Positions 9,415-20,163 of a stretch of 64,000 nt of DNA are shown in pieces (within the stretch, counting starts at the first letter, position 1; every line of letters begins with the position of its first letter). Under the pieces are notes generated by a model, which was not told the DNA's origin, made no database searches, and saw only the letters and a program-made list of their open reading frames with translations. The DNA is from Spirochaetia bacterium (GTDB lineage Bacteria > Spirochaetota > Spirochaetia > UBA9216), in assembly GCA_963677925.2 (NCBI GenBank), contig CAXXYH010000004.1, positions 2,304,001 to 2,368,000 of the forward strand. Direction: 5' to 3'. A program made the position numbers and the translations under genes.

Positions 9415-11266
9415 GCTCCAGCAGTATTTCCATTCCCGGTGTGAGTTCAGTTCCCGGTTCCGGAGTCTGTTTCACAACCCAGCCTTCGCCCGAGAGCTTA
9501 AGGCTGAATCTCTTGTCGTTAAGAAGAGGAAGCAGCTGTCTCTTAGTCATTCCGGTGAAATCGGGAATCTTTTCTTCGACTGTAACTGTTTTGTCTTTTG
9601 GTACAGATATATGCCCTGTATGCTCCAGTACTATATCAGTTGTTTTGGGAATTCCGAGATAGGGTACTGTTTCATCAATAATTTTCTTTGCTACCGGGGC
9701 AGCAATAGTTCCGCCGTAGTAGGATACGCCCTTCGGATTCTGAATAACAACATAAATAATCAATCTGGGATCATCCGTTGGAAAAATAGCCAGACAGGAT
9801 GCTATATAATTTTCATCAGAGTACGAACCTGTTTTAGGGTCTATGACCTGGCTTGTTCCGGTCTTGGCAGAAATTCTCAGGCCTTCTGTACGGAGTCTGT
9901 GTGCTGTCCCGCCGTCCTCGGTTGCTGTTTCCATCATCAGCAGCATTCCGCGGGCTGTTTCAGGACTGAATACTCTTCGAACCGGCTCACGTTCCACCTC
10001 TTCAATAACCTTGCCGTCAGGTGAGAGTATTCGATCAACAATATGAGGGCGCAGGAGAACACCGTCATTTGCAAATACTGTTGCTGCTGAGGCTACCTGT
10101 ACTGCCGAAACGAGAATCTCCTGTCCGAACGAAATTGTAGGTTTTGATCTTGCGGACCACTTATCTGGACTTCTTATAAGTCCTGAAGATTCTCCAGGCA
10201 TCGGCAGCTGTGTCTGCCCGCCGAATCCGAGGGCCGTCAGCATCTGGTAGAAATCGCTGTTGCTGACGGTATCTGACGCATAGGCTGCACCTGCGTTGCA
10301 GGAATATTTAATTATTCCGGCAGGCGTAAGCGAGCCGTGGGTTCCAAGGCAGCGAATGGGTTCAGGTATGGCTTCGTTTTCATAGGTGCCGTCACAGTAG
10401 AAGTGTGAGGAAGGGCTAATGCCTCTGAGCTCCATAAATGATGAAATGCTGAAAATTTTCATAATTGAACCCGGCTCATAAGCGGAAGAGACAGTCCTGT
10501 TCCGTCTTTCGGCCTCAGTAAAATCTCCGAATGTATTGGGATCAAAGTCAGGCATTGTTGCCGAAGCCAGAATATCTCCGTTTCTTGCATCCATTACGAC
10601 GATCATTACTGCATCGGCTTTATGGACTTCCATTGTTTCAGCCGCATATTTCTCAGCAAAGTATTCAATATTTGTATCAATTGTAAGGAAAAGCTGATTT
10701 CCATATACATCATTTTCGTCTCTGAGCTCAGGCTTGGGTGACAGGATGTCGTTCATCGTATACTCAATGCCGTCCAGACCTATATTATCTGTACCCGCAT
10801 ATCCGATTATATGGGAAGCCAGCCGTTTTTCAGGATAGTTCCTTCCGTATTCCTTCCTGAGGTAAACACCTTCGAGTTTGCCTGTCTCTTTGAGCTTGCG
10901 AATCTCTTCACTTTCTGTCGGGGTGATTTTTCGTTTTATCCACATGCTGTTGTGCCTGGTGGTAAAACTGATCAGGAGATTATTATAATCAAGTTCGAGT
11001 ATCGTCGAAAGATACTGAGCTGTTTCTTCCGGATTGCTTACATACGGAATCCAGGTTTCAACAGAATCAAGCTGATTCTGAATAGCCAGAATTCTTCCGT
11101 TTCGATCAAGAATGGGGCCTCTTTCGACTACGGGTTTAGATGTAATTTGTGCGGTATCCTGATGATTCAGAACCATCAGTGAAAAGTATTTCCAGACTAT
11201 TATCAGTAATAATATTGCTGTTACTATGCTGAAAAAAAGAAATCTCCGGCCTATTTTCTTATCCAT
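9407..11266 (-). CDS. Class B penicillin-binding transpeptidase (FtsI/SpoVD-like) with PASTA domain
   Basis: RGPILDRNG, YEPGSIMK (SxxK), SCN, KTGT, C-terminal PASTA; start taken at MDKKIG (11266). Confidence 0.9.
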   Translation of the reverse strand: MDKKIGRRFLFFSIVTAILLLIIVWKYFSLMVLNHQDTAQITSKPVVERGPILDRNGRILAIQNQLDSVETWIPYVSNPEETAQYLSTILELDYNNLLISFTTRHNSMWIKRKITPTESEEIRKLKETGKLEGVYLRKEYGRNYPEKRLASHIIGYAGTDNIGLDGIEYTMNDILSPKPELRDENDVYGNQLFLTIDTNIEYFAEKYAAETMEVHKADAVMIVVMDARNGDILASATMPDFDPNTFGDFTEAERRNRTVSSAYEPGSIMKIFSISSFMELRGISPSSHFYCDGTYENEAIPEPIRCLGTHGSLTPAGIIKYSCNAGAAYASDTVSNSDFYQMLTALGFGGQTQLPMPGESSGLIRSPDKWSARSKPTISFGQEILVSAVQVASAATVFANDGVLLRPHIVDRILSPDGKVIEEVEREPVRRVFSPETARGMLLMMETATEDGGTAHRLRTEGLRISAKTGTSQVIDPKTGSYSDENYIASCLAIFPTDDPRLIIYVVIQNPKGVSYYGGTIAAPVAKKIIDETVPYLGIPKTTDIVLEHTGHISVPKDKTVTVEEKIPDFTGMTKRQLLPLLNDKRFSLKLSGEGWVVKQTPEPGTELTPGMEILLELE

Positions 11267-11615
11267 CGGCAAGTATCCTTGAATGGCAGACCCTTCCAAT
11301 TATCAGATTCTGCGGAATTCTTCCATAGTGCCTTGAATCTGTAGATTCGGGAAGATTGATCCCGGTAACGAAGACTTCTCCACCTTTTACCGCCTGACAT
11401 TTTTTTACTGACATTTCGCCGGAAACCGGATCTGAAAATACGATAATATCGCCTTCCTTCGGGCTGCCGATAAGATAGGCGGCACGGTTGATTATAATAT
11501 AACTCTTATCATGCAGAACCGGTTCCATAGAGCTTCCTGAAACCTTTGCAGGTGAGAAAAAGAAAGATGATGCAAAAAGAAGGATACTGCAAAAAAATAA
11601 AAAAAACTTCCACAT
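11259..11615 (-). CDS. Small S26 family signal peptidase I-like protein
   Basis: GSSMEP catalytic Ser, VKK Lys, STDSRHYG, IIGRV. Confidence 0.8.
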   Translation of the reverse strand: MWKFFLFFCSILLFASSFFFSPAKVSGSSMEPVLHDKSYIIINRAAYLIGSPKEGDIIVFSDPVSGEMSVKKCQAVKGGEVFVTGINLPESTDSRHYGRIPQNLIIGRVCHSRILADG

Positions 11616-11633
11616 AATTAAGCGATCTTATAG

Positions 11634-11661
11634 TAATATGTCGTCAGGAAATTGTCGATAT
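11634..11661 (+). promoter_or_regulatory. Possible sigma28 promoter
   Basis: TAAT-16nt-GTCGATAT upstream of the LysM/M23 gene. Confidence 0.35.
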
Positions 11662-12928
11662 GAATATTGTAACTATTATGATTGAATTTATTGACAAACA
11701 GAAGATTTACAAAAGACATTCATTCAACGGTTCCCCGGGCCTTCACATGGCTGCGGGAGGCATTTTCCCCGATAAAAGTATTGATCGTTTCAGAAAGAAA
11801 CAGAGCTTTGCCCGGGGGCTTCCTGCGAGAAAGAAGAGGGTTTCACACCATACACCCGAAGAATCAAAAATCAATGAAAAATCCGCTCCTGCTGTTTCCA
11901 GACAGTCGGTTGTAAAACGCAGAAAGCTTAATTTCTCAGGTTTCGGCCGTTTTTTTTCCTCTCTTAAACAAAAGATGTCATTTCTGAGTTTTAAGGTATT
12001 TCTTATTACAGGTCTTGCTCTTTGCGTTATAGGACTTGCTGCCTTCATCACTTACAGCTGGATTCAAAACTCGCAGATGTACGACAGTCTTGCTCTTCCG
12101 CAGGATGTAAATGTCGATGATGTACTTTATGAAAACCTTACAGTAGGATATGACGGTCAGGGCTCGGGTGAAATTGCAGGAATTGAACCCGTACTTATGC
12201 TTACAGGTGAACCTGCATCATATGTAGTACAGCCCGGAGATACCCTTTCAGAGATTGCACGGGACAATAACATAAAAATAGGAACTCTTATAAGCTATAA
12301 TCAGATCTCAGATGTAAGAAGGCTGCTGGTCGGTATGGAGCTGAAGATTCCGGAAGCGGACGGTATTCCATATGAGGTGAAAGCAGGAGACTCGCTTTCC
12401 TCAATTGCATCCAAGTATGAGCTGTCAGTAAACAGTCTTCTCGACGCAAATGACCTTCAGTCTGAGGTTATCGCTCCGGGTGATATGCTTTTTATTCCCG
12501 GTGCCGTAATGAACGAGTTTGATTACAAGAAGGCTATGGGCACCCTGTTCATATATCCCACCTCGGGCAGACTTTCTTCAGGTTTCGGATACAGACCGGA
12601 CCCATTCACCGGGCAACGGCGTTTCCACAACGGAATTGACCTTGCAAATGGAATAGGAACAAGAGTCAGTGCGACGATGTCCGGCCGTGTAGCTGCAATA
12701 GGAGAGCAGGTAAGCGGTTATGGTAAATATGTCATTATCAAGCATGCAAACGGCTATCAGAGTCTATACGGACACATGAACAAGATTACTGTTCGTAAAG
12801 GCCAGTATATCAGTCAGGGCGAGAAAATAGGTGAAATGGGCAATACCGGACGAAGTACCGGACCGCATCTTCACTTCTCAATATATAAAAACAATATCCC
12901 GGTTAATCCGCTTACATATTTATGGTAA
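11660..12928 (+). CDS. Membrane-anchored LysM x2 / M23 peptidoglycan endopeptidase
   Basis: YVVQPGDTLSEIA, YEVKAGDSLSSIA, HNGID, HLHF; true start may be ATG 11678. Confidence 0.92.
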   Translation: MNIVTIMIEFIDKQKIYKRHSFNGSPGLHMAAGGIFPDKSIDRFRKKQSFARGLPARKKRVSHHTPEESKINEKSAPAVSRQSVVKRRKLNFSGFGRFFSSLKQKMSFLSFKVFLITGLALCVIGLAAFITYSWIQNSQMYDSLALPQDVNVDDVLYENLTVGYDGQGSGEIAGIEPVLMLTGEPASYVVQPGDTLSEIARDNNIKIGTLISYNQISDVRRLLVGMELKIPEADGIPYEVKAGDSLSSIASKYELSVNSLLDANDLQSEVIAPGDMLFIPGAVMNEFDYKKAMGTLFIYPTSGRLSSGFGYRPDPFTGQRRFHNGIDLANGIGTRVSATMSGRVAAIGEQVSGYGKYVIIKHANGYQSLYGHMNKITVRKGQYISQGEKIGEMGNTGRSTGPHLHFSIYKNNIPVNPLTYLW

Positions 12929-12988
12929 AAGAAATTTGCCATAAATATGTCCGTTTTCTATGGTCGGAGAAACAGGGAAATGTGTTGT

Positions 12989-14269
12989 CTATGGGCTGAC
13001 TTTTAAAAAGTCAGCCTTTTTTTTTAGTATTAAGACAGGTACAAGACAAAGAAGATATATAAGCGATGAAGCTCTGTAGATTGCAGGCGTCGGAATAAAA
13101 CCGTTGGCATTATTAAGGACTGTAGGTATACCGAAATGATTTATTAAAAATGAACCTATAGCCGGTCCGATTATCATCGGCAGCATAACCAGGAATATAA
13201 GCCTTACTCCCTGAAACTGTCCCCGGCTTTCCTGCGGCATCAGGTTTCGTGCCCAGGCTCCGAGCACAATAAGCATTAGAAAACCGAAATTTTTCAGAAC
13301 ACCGAAAAGCACCAGCAGCGGAAGACTGTTCACTGATCCGAAAAAGAACTGACCGGCAGCCGAAATTATAAAACCGGCTACAAGGACTGGAAGCCCGTAG
13401 CCCTTATCTGAAAGCCTTCCAATAGGAATTGCAAATATTATCAGAACGGGCGCTACAAGGGCCGTAAGAAGCCCTGTAAGGCTTTTAGAGATGCCTATGT
13501 AGTTGTTGAGGTATATTATTTCATATGGACCGACTACCTGCTGTGCAATTGAGGATATGGCTATAGTTACAAAAACAATATACAGCGCCCTGTTCCTGCT
13601 TATTACTGAAGGTCTGAAAACCTTGATAAGCTCAATGAAAAAACCGCTGCGGTTTTCCATATCTGAAGGCTTGAGCACGGGACTCTCTTTCAGTATTGAC
13701 GAGCCTGTGATGCCGAGAACCAGGACAAGAGCTCCCAGTACAAGAAAAAACGGAAAGTATCCCAGTTTATCTATCAGAAGGCCGGATACTCCTGTTCCCA
13801 GAACAACCGCGAATACCGGCAGCATCATCAGGATTCCCTCTGTAAGTCCTCTGTTTTTTGTACTTGTGATATCGGTAACCCATGCATTAAAAGCTGCATC
13901 GTTAGCGGTTGAGCCGAAGAAAGTCATGACTGCATCAAGCAGGACAACCAGAAAAACTGCTCTCTGTATGGTGCCGGCCCATCCGGACATGGGAAATACA
14001 GCAGTTGAAAGCGCCCACAGAACATATCCGAAAAGTATAAATGGTTTACGCCGTCCGATTCTGTCGCTGATTGTTCCAATAATTAAAGTTGTAAGAGTGG
14101 CAACTATTGAGCTGACGGCGACCATGACGGCAATGGGTTCAGGATTCGGAGTGATCGTATCGAAAACAAATGTGTTGAACCAGGAATTTTCCACATTCCA
14201 GGCTATCTGGCCTCCCAGGCCGAGCATAATAATTACAGCTAAATTTTTCCCTGACAGTCCGTTATTCAT
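12989..14269 (-). CDS. MFS transporter (sugar/glycoside-like)
   Basis: About 12 hydrophobic segments, motif A GTISDRIGRRKPF. Confidence 0.9.
   Translation of the reverse strand: MNNGLSGKNLAVIIMLGLGGQIAWNVENSWFNTFVFDTITPNPEPIAVMVAVSSIVATLTTLIIGTISDRIGRRKPFILFGYVLWALSTAVFPMSGWAGTIQRAVFLVVLLDAVMTFFGSTANDAAFNAWVTDITSTKNRGLTEGILMMLPVFAVVLGTGVSGLLIDKLGYFPFFLVLGALVLVLGITGSSILKESPVLKPSDMENRSGFFIELIKVFRPSVISRNRALYIVFVTIAISSIAQQVVGPYEIIYLNNYIGISKSLTGLLTALVAPVLIIFAIPIGRLSDKGYGLPVLVAGFIISAAGQFFFGSVNSLPLLVLFGVLKNFGFLMLIVLGAWARNLMPQESRGQFQGVRLIFLVMLPMIIGPAIGSFLINHFGIPTVLNNANGFIPTPAIYRASSLIYLLCLVPVLILKKKADFLKVSP
12994..13026 (+). terminator. Intrinsic terminator overlapping the 3' end of the convergent MFS gene
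   Basis: GGCTGACTTTT/AAAAGTCAGCC followed by a long T run. Confidence 0.65.
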
Positions 14270-16025
14270 TATTTTCGCACCTTTTTAATTCCATATAAAT
14301 TTCAAGATTCAGTTTCTGAACTTTATTTCTGTCGATTTTCAGCACCTTACGGTCGTAGGTGTACAGTCCGTTAATTTCAATTTCAACATCAGAAAGCTGT
14401 GTATAGACAGCAGCAGACAATCCCCTGCTTATAAGAGGGATAAGCTGCTCCCTGATAAGCGCAGTGTATCTTTCTGTAAGTTCTTCGGAGGATTCCATTG
14501 TTTTGTAGCCGAATTCTTTATCTTTATTCCAGAGCCGTCCTTCAACAGCAAGATTGTAGCCGCCGTATTCGGAAATAAAATAAGCTCTTCTATCCTGTTT
14601 TCTGGGATTCTTAAGCTTGATGAAGTATGTATGCCTGCTGTTAAAACCGCCTCCTCCCTGATCAAACCAGCCGGAGGTTCGGTCAACAAGTCTTGTAGAG
14701 TCAGCTGCTTCAGTCAGCCTGCCAATTTCCTGCGAATCAAACTGTCCCCAGCCTTCGTTAAACGGAACCCACATGACAATTGATGGATGATTGTACAGGT
14801 GAGTGATTAATCCCCCCAGTTCCTTTTTAAAGAAATGACGATTTTCACTATTCTTTCTTCCCAGACGGCGGCGGCTGTATCTTCCTGTATCATTTATCCT
14901 GAATCCGAAAAGCAGTGCCATCAGAGTAAGCGGACTGTTTGCTATATGTCTGCCGCCTGAAATCATATCCTGAATTACTAAAATACCAAGCCGATCAGCA
15001 TGATAATACCATCTTCGCGGTTCAATTTTTATATGCTTGCGTACGGAGTTGAACCCCAGCTCCTTGACAGCTTCAATATCAAAGATCATTGCATCATCAT
15101 CCGGCGGCGTCATCCCCGATTCAGGCCAGTAGCCCTGATCCAGAGGGGCATGCAGAAACAAGGGCTTGCCGTTTAGAAAAATCCTTTTAAACCCTGAGCG
15201 TCCTTCCTTTAGTTCTATCTTCCTGAATGCGAAATAACCGGTTACTGTATCTGCGCTGCTGTCCTTCAGACTTAACCTGAAACTGTAGAGAACAGGGGTT
15301 GATGGTGACCATAGTTCAGGAGCACTTACAGCAAGACTGCCGTTGCCGTCTGGAGTACAAACTGTCTCCTGTATTTTCCTGCCGTCAAGCATTATCTCAA
15401 ATAAAGCTTCACTCTCTTTCGCAAGATCAGCAGACAGTACTATTTCAGATCTGTCCGGATCTGCAGTTATTTTATAGCCAATAATATGATTGGTTTGGGG
15501 AACAGCTTCAATCCAGACGGTCTGCCAGATTCCGCTTGTTGCAGTATAAAATATAGTAGCCGGTTTCAGGCTCTGTTTTCCTCTTTGATTGAAGCTTTCA
15601 TCTGTCGGATCTTTTACTGATAAAATAATTTCATTTTCACCAGGTAGCAGATAATCAGTAATATCAAAGGAAAAGGGCAGGTATCCGCCTTTATGTGAAC
15701 CGATAGTCTTCCTGTTAACGTAACATAAGCATTCCCAGTCAACTGCCTCAAAATTCAGAAGGATCCGCTGCTTAGACCATTCTTCCGGAACTGTAAAGAT
15801 TCTGCTGTACCACAAAACCTCATCCGGCAGAAGTCTTCCGCCTACTCCGGACTTTTCAGTTTCTATAGAGTAGGGAACAAGAATCCTCCCCTCAAAGGTA
15901 TCCGGAATTATTTGTTCATTATTATTTATTGTGTAATTCCAGTACCCGTTCAGGCATTGCCATCGTTCCCTGACCATCTGAGGTCTAGGATATTCAGAAT
16001 GCGGTATCACTAAGTCTGATGACAA
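14262..16025 (-). CDS. Glycoside hydrolase family 2 (beta-galactosidase/glucuronidase-like)
   Basis: EYPRPQMVR, SGIWQTVW, LDQGYWP, WVPFNEGWGQ, SEYGG. Confidence 0.9.
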   Translation of the reverse strand: MSSDLVIPHSEYPRPQMVRERWQCLNGYWNYTINNNEQIIPDTFEGRILVPYSIETEKSGVGGRLLPDEVLWYSRIFTVPEEWSKQRILLNFEAVDWECLCYVNRKTIGSHKGGYLPFSFDITDYLLPGENEIILSVKDPTDESFNQRGKQSLKPATIFYTATSGIWQTVWIEAVPQTNHIIGYKITADPDRSEIVLSADLAKESEALFEIMLDGRKIQETVCTPDGNGSLAVSAPELWSPSTPVLYSFRLSLKDSSADTVTGYFAFRKIELKEGRSGFKRIFLNGKPLFLHAPLDQGYWPESGMTPPDDDAMIFDIEAVKELGFNSVRKHIKIEPRRWYYHADRLGILVIQDMISGGRHIANSPLTLMALLFGFRINDTGRYSRRRLGRKNSENRHFFKKELGGLITHLYNHPSIVMWVPFNEGWGQFDSQEIGRLTEAADSTRLVDRTSGWFDQGGGGFNSRHTYFIKLKNPRKQDRRAYFISEYGGYNLAVEGRLWNKDKEFGYKTMESSEELTERYTALIREQLIPLISRGLSAAVYTQLSDVEIEINGLYTYDRKVLKIDRNKVQKLNLEIYMELKRCENNE

Positions 16026-16049
16026 GTATGCCTCCCGGGTACTTTTTTA

Positions 16050-18779
16050 CTACTGGTTAATCCCGCAGCAGTGTTTATATTTCTTTCCGCTGCCGCAGGG
16101 ACATGGATCGTTTCGACCCACTTTAGGAGTGCTTCTTTTTACCTGAGTTCCTCGAGGTGTTGCCTCCGCAGCTTCACCGCCTTGGGGTGAGCCTCCGCCT
16201 GCAAAAGCTCCAAGTTCAGCATGCTTTGTCTGGATATTCAGATCAGGCTTTCTTCTTTCATCACGATCATACCGCTTGATTCTTACCTTTATTGCCTTTC
16301 TGGCAATATTCAATTTTATATCCATGATCAGTTTGTCAAAGATATCAAAACCTTCAAGCTTGTATTCCAGAAGCGGATTTTTCTGTGCATAGGATCGAAG
16401 ATAAACTGCCTCACGAAGTGCTTCAAGATTTTCAAGGTGTTCCTGCCATTTGCTGTCTATACTTTTCAGGTATTCAAAACGGATAAACTGGTTGAAATTC
16501 TCTTTGCCGAGTTTTTCTTCTTTTTCCCTGATATCCTCGGTAATATAGTTCATGATTCTGCTTTGAAGCTCGGCCTCGGTGAGTGCCGCAAAATTTTCAT
16601 CACCGGGTTCATACATAAAGTTCAGCATTAAATCTTCATAAAACTGAGTAACAGCGCCCGGATTGTCTTTACCGCCGTTTCCACGGAAGGCATCAACTAA
16701 ATCCTCGGTTATTTCTTCAGCTGTGTCCAGAATCCTCCTGCTGAGATCTGCATTCTGGGTTATATCATCGCGCTGAGAGTATATGAACTTTCTCTGCTCA
16801 TTAAGAACATCGTCAAAGTCAAGAAGGTGCTTTCTGATCTCGAAGTTGCGGTCCTCAACCCTTGTCTGTGCTCGTTCAATAGCTCTGTTTATTAGAGGAT
16901 GGTAAAGCGGTTCACCGTCCTGCATGCCTGAACGGGCCATTATTGAACGCAGGCTGTCCCGGGCAAAGAGTCTCATCAGATCATCATCCAGACTAAGGAA
17001 GAATCTCGATTCACCTGGGTCTCCCTGACGTCCGGAACGTCCTCTGAGCTGGTTGTCTATACGCCTTGATTCATGACGTTCCGTACCAAGAATGTAAAGG
17101 CCGCCAAGATCTTTTACCTTTTGGTAGTCCTTCTTCCATTTTTCGTATTCTGTTTCATATGCTTTCTGGAAAACTTCTTCAGATGCATCAGTTCCTGCCT
17201 TTTTTCTGGCTCTGAATTCGGGGTTTCCGCCCAGTTTGATATCTGTACCACGGCCGGCCATGTTAGTCGCAATAGTTACGCTTCCTTCTGCACCGGCTTC
17301 GGCAATAATCATTGCCTCACGGGAATGGTTTTTAGCATTGAGTACTTCATGCCTCACACCGCGCTTCATAAGGAGTTTTGAAATCTTCTCTGATTTTTCG
17401 ATAGAAACAGTTCCTACAAGGATCGGCTGACCCTTTTCATTAACCCTGGCAATTTCATCACAGATTGCGTTGTTCTTTATTTCTTCGTTGAAATAGATAA
17501 CATCGTCATCATCATTTCTTGCAACAGGCCTGTTGGTAGGGATAACAACTACATCGAGTCCGTAGATACTGTTGAATTCCTTTGCTTCGGTATCTGCAGT
17601 ACCTGTCATTCCGGAAATCTTGTCATACATCCTGAAGAAGTTCTGAAAGGTTATTGTTGCAAGGGTACGGTTTCTTTTAGCAACCTTGATGTGCTCTTTG
17701 GCCTCAATTGCCTGATGAAGACCGTCGGAGTATCTTCGCCCATGAAGGATACGGCCGGTAAACTCATCGACAATCTGAACCTGACCGGCTTCAACGACAT
17801 AATCTACATCCTTTTTATAAAGGGTATGTGCTCTAACAGCCTGTGTTATATAGTGTATAAGTTCAAAATTTTCATCATTGTACAGAGAATCCTTGATAAC
17901 ACCGGCTTTCAGGAAAATCTTTTCAACATTGTTCAGCCCCTCTTCTGTGAAGGTGACTTTCTTCGATTTTTCCTCAAGCTTGTAATCTCCTACCGGCTCT
18001 TCAGGATATTCACCTGTTTCCGGATCTATATCGCATTCTTTAAGCTGATTAACGAAGGCGTTTACCTGGTTGAATTTCCCGGTATCATCATCAGCGGCAC
18101 CGGAAATAATAAGAGGAGTTCTAGCCTCATCAATAAGGATTGAGTCTATTTCGTCAATAATGCAGTAGTTATGCACCTTCTGAACACGTCCGTCAGAAGT
18201 CCACTTCATGTTATCACGAAGATAATCAAAGCCCAGTTCATTATTTGTTCCGTAAGTGATATCACACTCGTATGCCTTCTTTCTGGCTTCGGGGTCCATA
18301 TCGGAAAGGACAGCCCCCACTTTAACACCCAGAAGTTCATATATCGGTGTCATCCACAATGCATCTCGTCCAGCCAGGTAATCATTGACGGTAACGATAT
18401 GCACTCCTCTTCCTGTAAGGCTGTTGAGGTAGGCTGCTGCGACACTGGAGAGCGTTTTACCTTCACCGGTTTTCATCTCCATTATCTTTCCCTGATGAAG
18501 AACAATTCCGCCAAGCAGCTGTACATCATAGGGCCGTTCACCAAGGGCTCTTCTCGAGGCTTCTCTGGCAAGTGCATAGGCTTCAGGCAATATGGAATCA
18601 AGGCTTTCGCCGTTTTTTATTCTTGATTTAAAGGTTTCGGTCTGGGCGGGAAAGTCTTCGGACGGAATGCTTACAGCCCAGCTCTCTTTTTCATTAATTT
18701 TGTGCAGTATGGGCAGCAGTTCCTTCAGGTCGCGTTCATGCTTCGAGCCCACAATGGTAGTAAATATTTTTTTGAGCAT
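16050..18779 (-). CDS. secA: Preprotein translocase ATPase SecA
   Basis: [38 protein letters not shown]-terminal [13 protein letters not shown]; start at MLKKIF after AGGAG. Confidence 0.98.
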   Translation of the reverse strand: MLKKIFTTIVGSKHERDLKELLPILHKINEKESWAVSIPSEDFPAQTETFKSRIKNGESLDSILPEAYALAREASRRALGERPYDVQLLGGIVLHQGKIMEMKTGEGKTLSSVAAAYLNSLTGRGVHIVTVNDYLAGRDALWMTPIYELLGVKVGAVLSDMDPEARKKAYECDITYGTNNELGFDYLRDNMKWTSDGRVQKVHNYCIIDEIDSILIDEARTPLIISGAADDDTGKFNQVNAFVNQLKECDIDPETGEYPEEPVGDYKLEEKSKKVTFTEEGLNNVEKIFLKAGVIKDSLYNDENFELIHYITQAVRAHTLYKKDVDYVVEAGQVQIVDEFTGRILHGRRYSDGLHQAIEAKEHIKVAKRNRTLATITFQNFFRMYDKISGMTGTADTEAKEFNSIYGLDVVVIPTNRPVARNDDDDVIYFNEEIKNNAICDEIARVNEKGQPILVGTVSIEKSEKISKLLMKRGVRHEVLNAKNHSREAMIIAEAGAEGSVTIATNMAGRGTDIKLGGNPEFRARKKAGTDASEEVFQKAYETEYEKWKKDYQKVKDLGGLYILGTERHESRRIDNQLRGRSGRQGDPGESRFFLSLDDDLMRLFARDSLRSIMARSGMQDGEPLYHPLINRAIERAQTRVEDRNFEIRKHLLDFDDVLNEQRKFIYSQRDDITQNADLSRRILDTAEEITEDLVDAFRGNGGKDNPGAVTQFYEDLMLNFMYEPGDENFAALTEAELQSRIMNYITEDIREKEEKLGKENFNQFIRFEYLKSIDSKWQEHLENLEALREAVYLRSYAQKNPLLEYKLEGFDIFDKLIMDIKLNIARKAIKVRIKRYDRDERRKPDLNIQTKHAELGAFAGGGSPQGGEAAEATPRGTQVKRSTPKVGRNDPCPCGSGKKYKHCCGINQ

Positions 18780-18886
18780 CAGATATCTCCTAAACAATTG
18801 AATATAATATAATACTATTTTTTTTTATTGTATACATTAACGTGTTTTTTGGAGGTCTCTGACTAAAATCTCACAGAATTGACCCT

Positions 18887-18915
18887 TTGACTAAGAGGTT
18901 AACAGATAGTAGTAT
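18887..18915 (+). promoter_or_regulatory. sigma70-type promoter, probably leaderless transcript
   Basis: TTGACT-17nt-TAGTAT, 6 nt before ATG 18922. Confidence 0.6.
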
Positions 18916-18921
18916 CTTCCT

Positions 18922-20163
18922 ATGAAAATCAGACAGTTCTTACTATGCCTTGGGCTCTCACTGATGCTCGCAGGACTTGTATCATGCCGTGATGATGAAC
19001 TTGGTATTCTTGAACGGGAAAACCTTTTCAGTATGGATATCGGAAAGATGGAAGATCAGCTTTTCATTCAGCAGGAGGATGGAGTCAACGCCAGGGGCAG
19101 AATAAACCTCAGGATGAATGACGGCTTTTTCCAGATTTCAAACGGCGATTCTTTTAAGGTTATGGAATTTAATTCTTTCGGAGATCTGATTTCATTATTT
19201 TACAATCCATCTGAAAATCCGGAGCCTGTTATCATTTCCTCAGAAAAGCGGGCGGGAACCGATGTAACAAGAGGCGCTACAACCTATTCCTTTAATAACC
19301 CGGGTGATGTAATAAAGACATCTGGAGGTGATCTCCTTGTAGATGATCTTATTTCTGAAATGAGATGGGAAGATGACGAAAATATTGATGCCAGACTGGA
19401 TAGAATCGTATTGCGGTTTGACCGTAACGGTGACTTTGTGTCCTATCTTGGACAGGAGGGGCTTGGAGGCACTCCCTTTCCTTATATTCAGGCATTATAC
19501 ACCTCAGGGAATGATGAGGTCGTTGTTGTTACAAGGAACCCCGGCGGGTGGCGTATTTACTGGTTTACAAGAATGGGAGATCCGCTTTATATGGTTGATT
19601 TCAGAAATGAACTTCTTCCTTCTCCGGATGGTGAGCGGATAGTTTCCATCGAAAATATATTTCCTGATCCGGACAGCCGGATATGCTATCTGAAACTGGA
19701 TTATTACCTTAGGGATAAGGAAAATAACGATAATATTAAATTTGATAAATCTGTGATCTACTGGTACGATCTTGGTGAGCAGAAGTATACAGGAAGTGTT
19801 GATCTTCCGCGAAATATCGTTAAATCCGAGGAGCCTGTAATTTTTGAGGCAAGGGAACATGAGTATCTCTACGAATTCCTCGGAGTTGCCCACGGACCGT
19901 ATTTCTATCTGATGAGTCCTGATGAAGGAACCTTCTACCGCCTTGTTGTTCTGTCCCCGTCCGGACAGGTTGAAGGACGTGCGCTTATAAACTTCTCTGA
20001 TGAGGAAATTTTTTACCGCAGCTACAGTCTTAACCGTGACGGAATCCTCAGCGCAATTGTTGTCGGTGAGTACGGAGCTGATGTTGTCTGGTGGCGGAGC
20101 GACCGTTTTATAGAGGAAAAAGGTAATGAAAATCGTCAGTTCTTCAAGAATGCAGGAAATTGA
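18922..20163 (+). CDS. Spirochete-type lipoprotein (LIC_12708-like, beta-propeller-like)
   Basis: Signal peptide with lipobox LVSC; YLGQEGLGGTPFPYI and VVWWRSD motifs; divergent from secA. Confidence 0.7.
   Translation: MKIRQFLLCLGLSLMLAGLVSCRDDELGILERENLFSMDIGKMEDQLFIQQEDGVNARGRINLRMNDGFFQISNGDSFKVMEFNSFGDLISLFYNPSENPEPVIISSEKRAGTDVTRGATTYSFNNPGDVIKTSGGDLLVDDLISEMRWEDDENIDARLDRIVLRFDRNGDFVSYLGQEGLGGTPFPYIQALYTSGNDEVVVVTRNPGGWRIYWFTRMGDPLYMVDFRNELLPSPDGERIVSIENIFPDPDSRICYLKLDYYLRDKENNDNIKFDKSVIYWYDLGEQKYTGSVDLPRNIVKSEEPVIFEAREHEYLYEFLGVAHGPYFYLMSPDEGTFYRLVVLSPSGQVEGRALINFSDEEIFYRSYSLNRDGILSAIVVGEYGADVVWWRSDRFIEEKGNENRQFFKNAGN

Noticed and set aside
13503-14288. 261-aa plus-strand ORF
   Set aside because: Antisense shadow of the MFS gene; no motif or RBS
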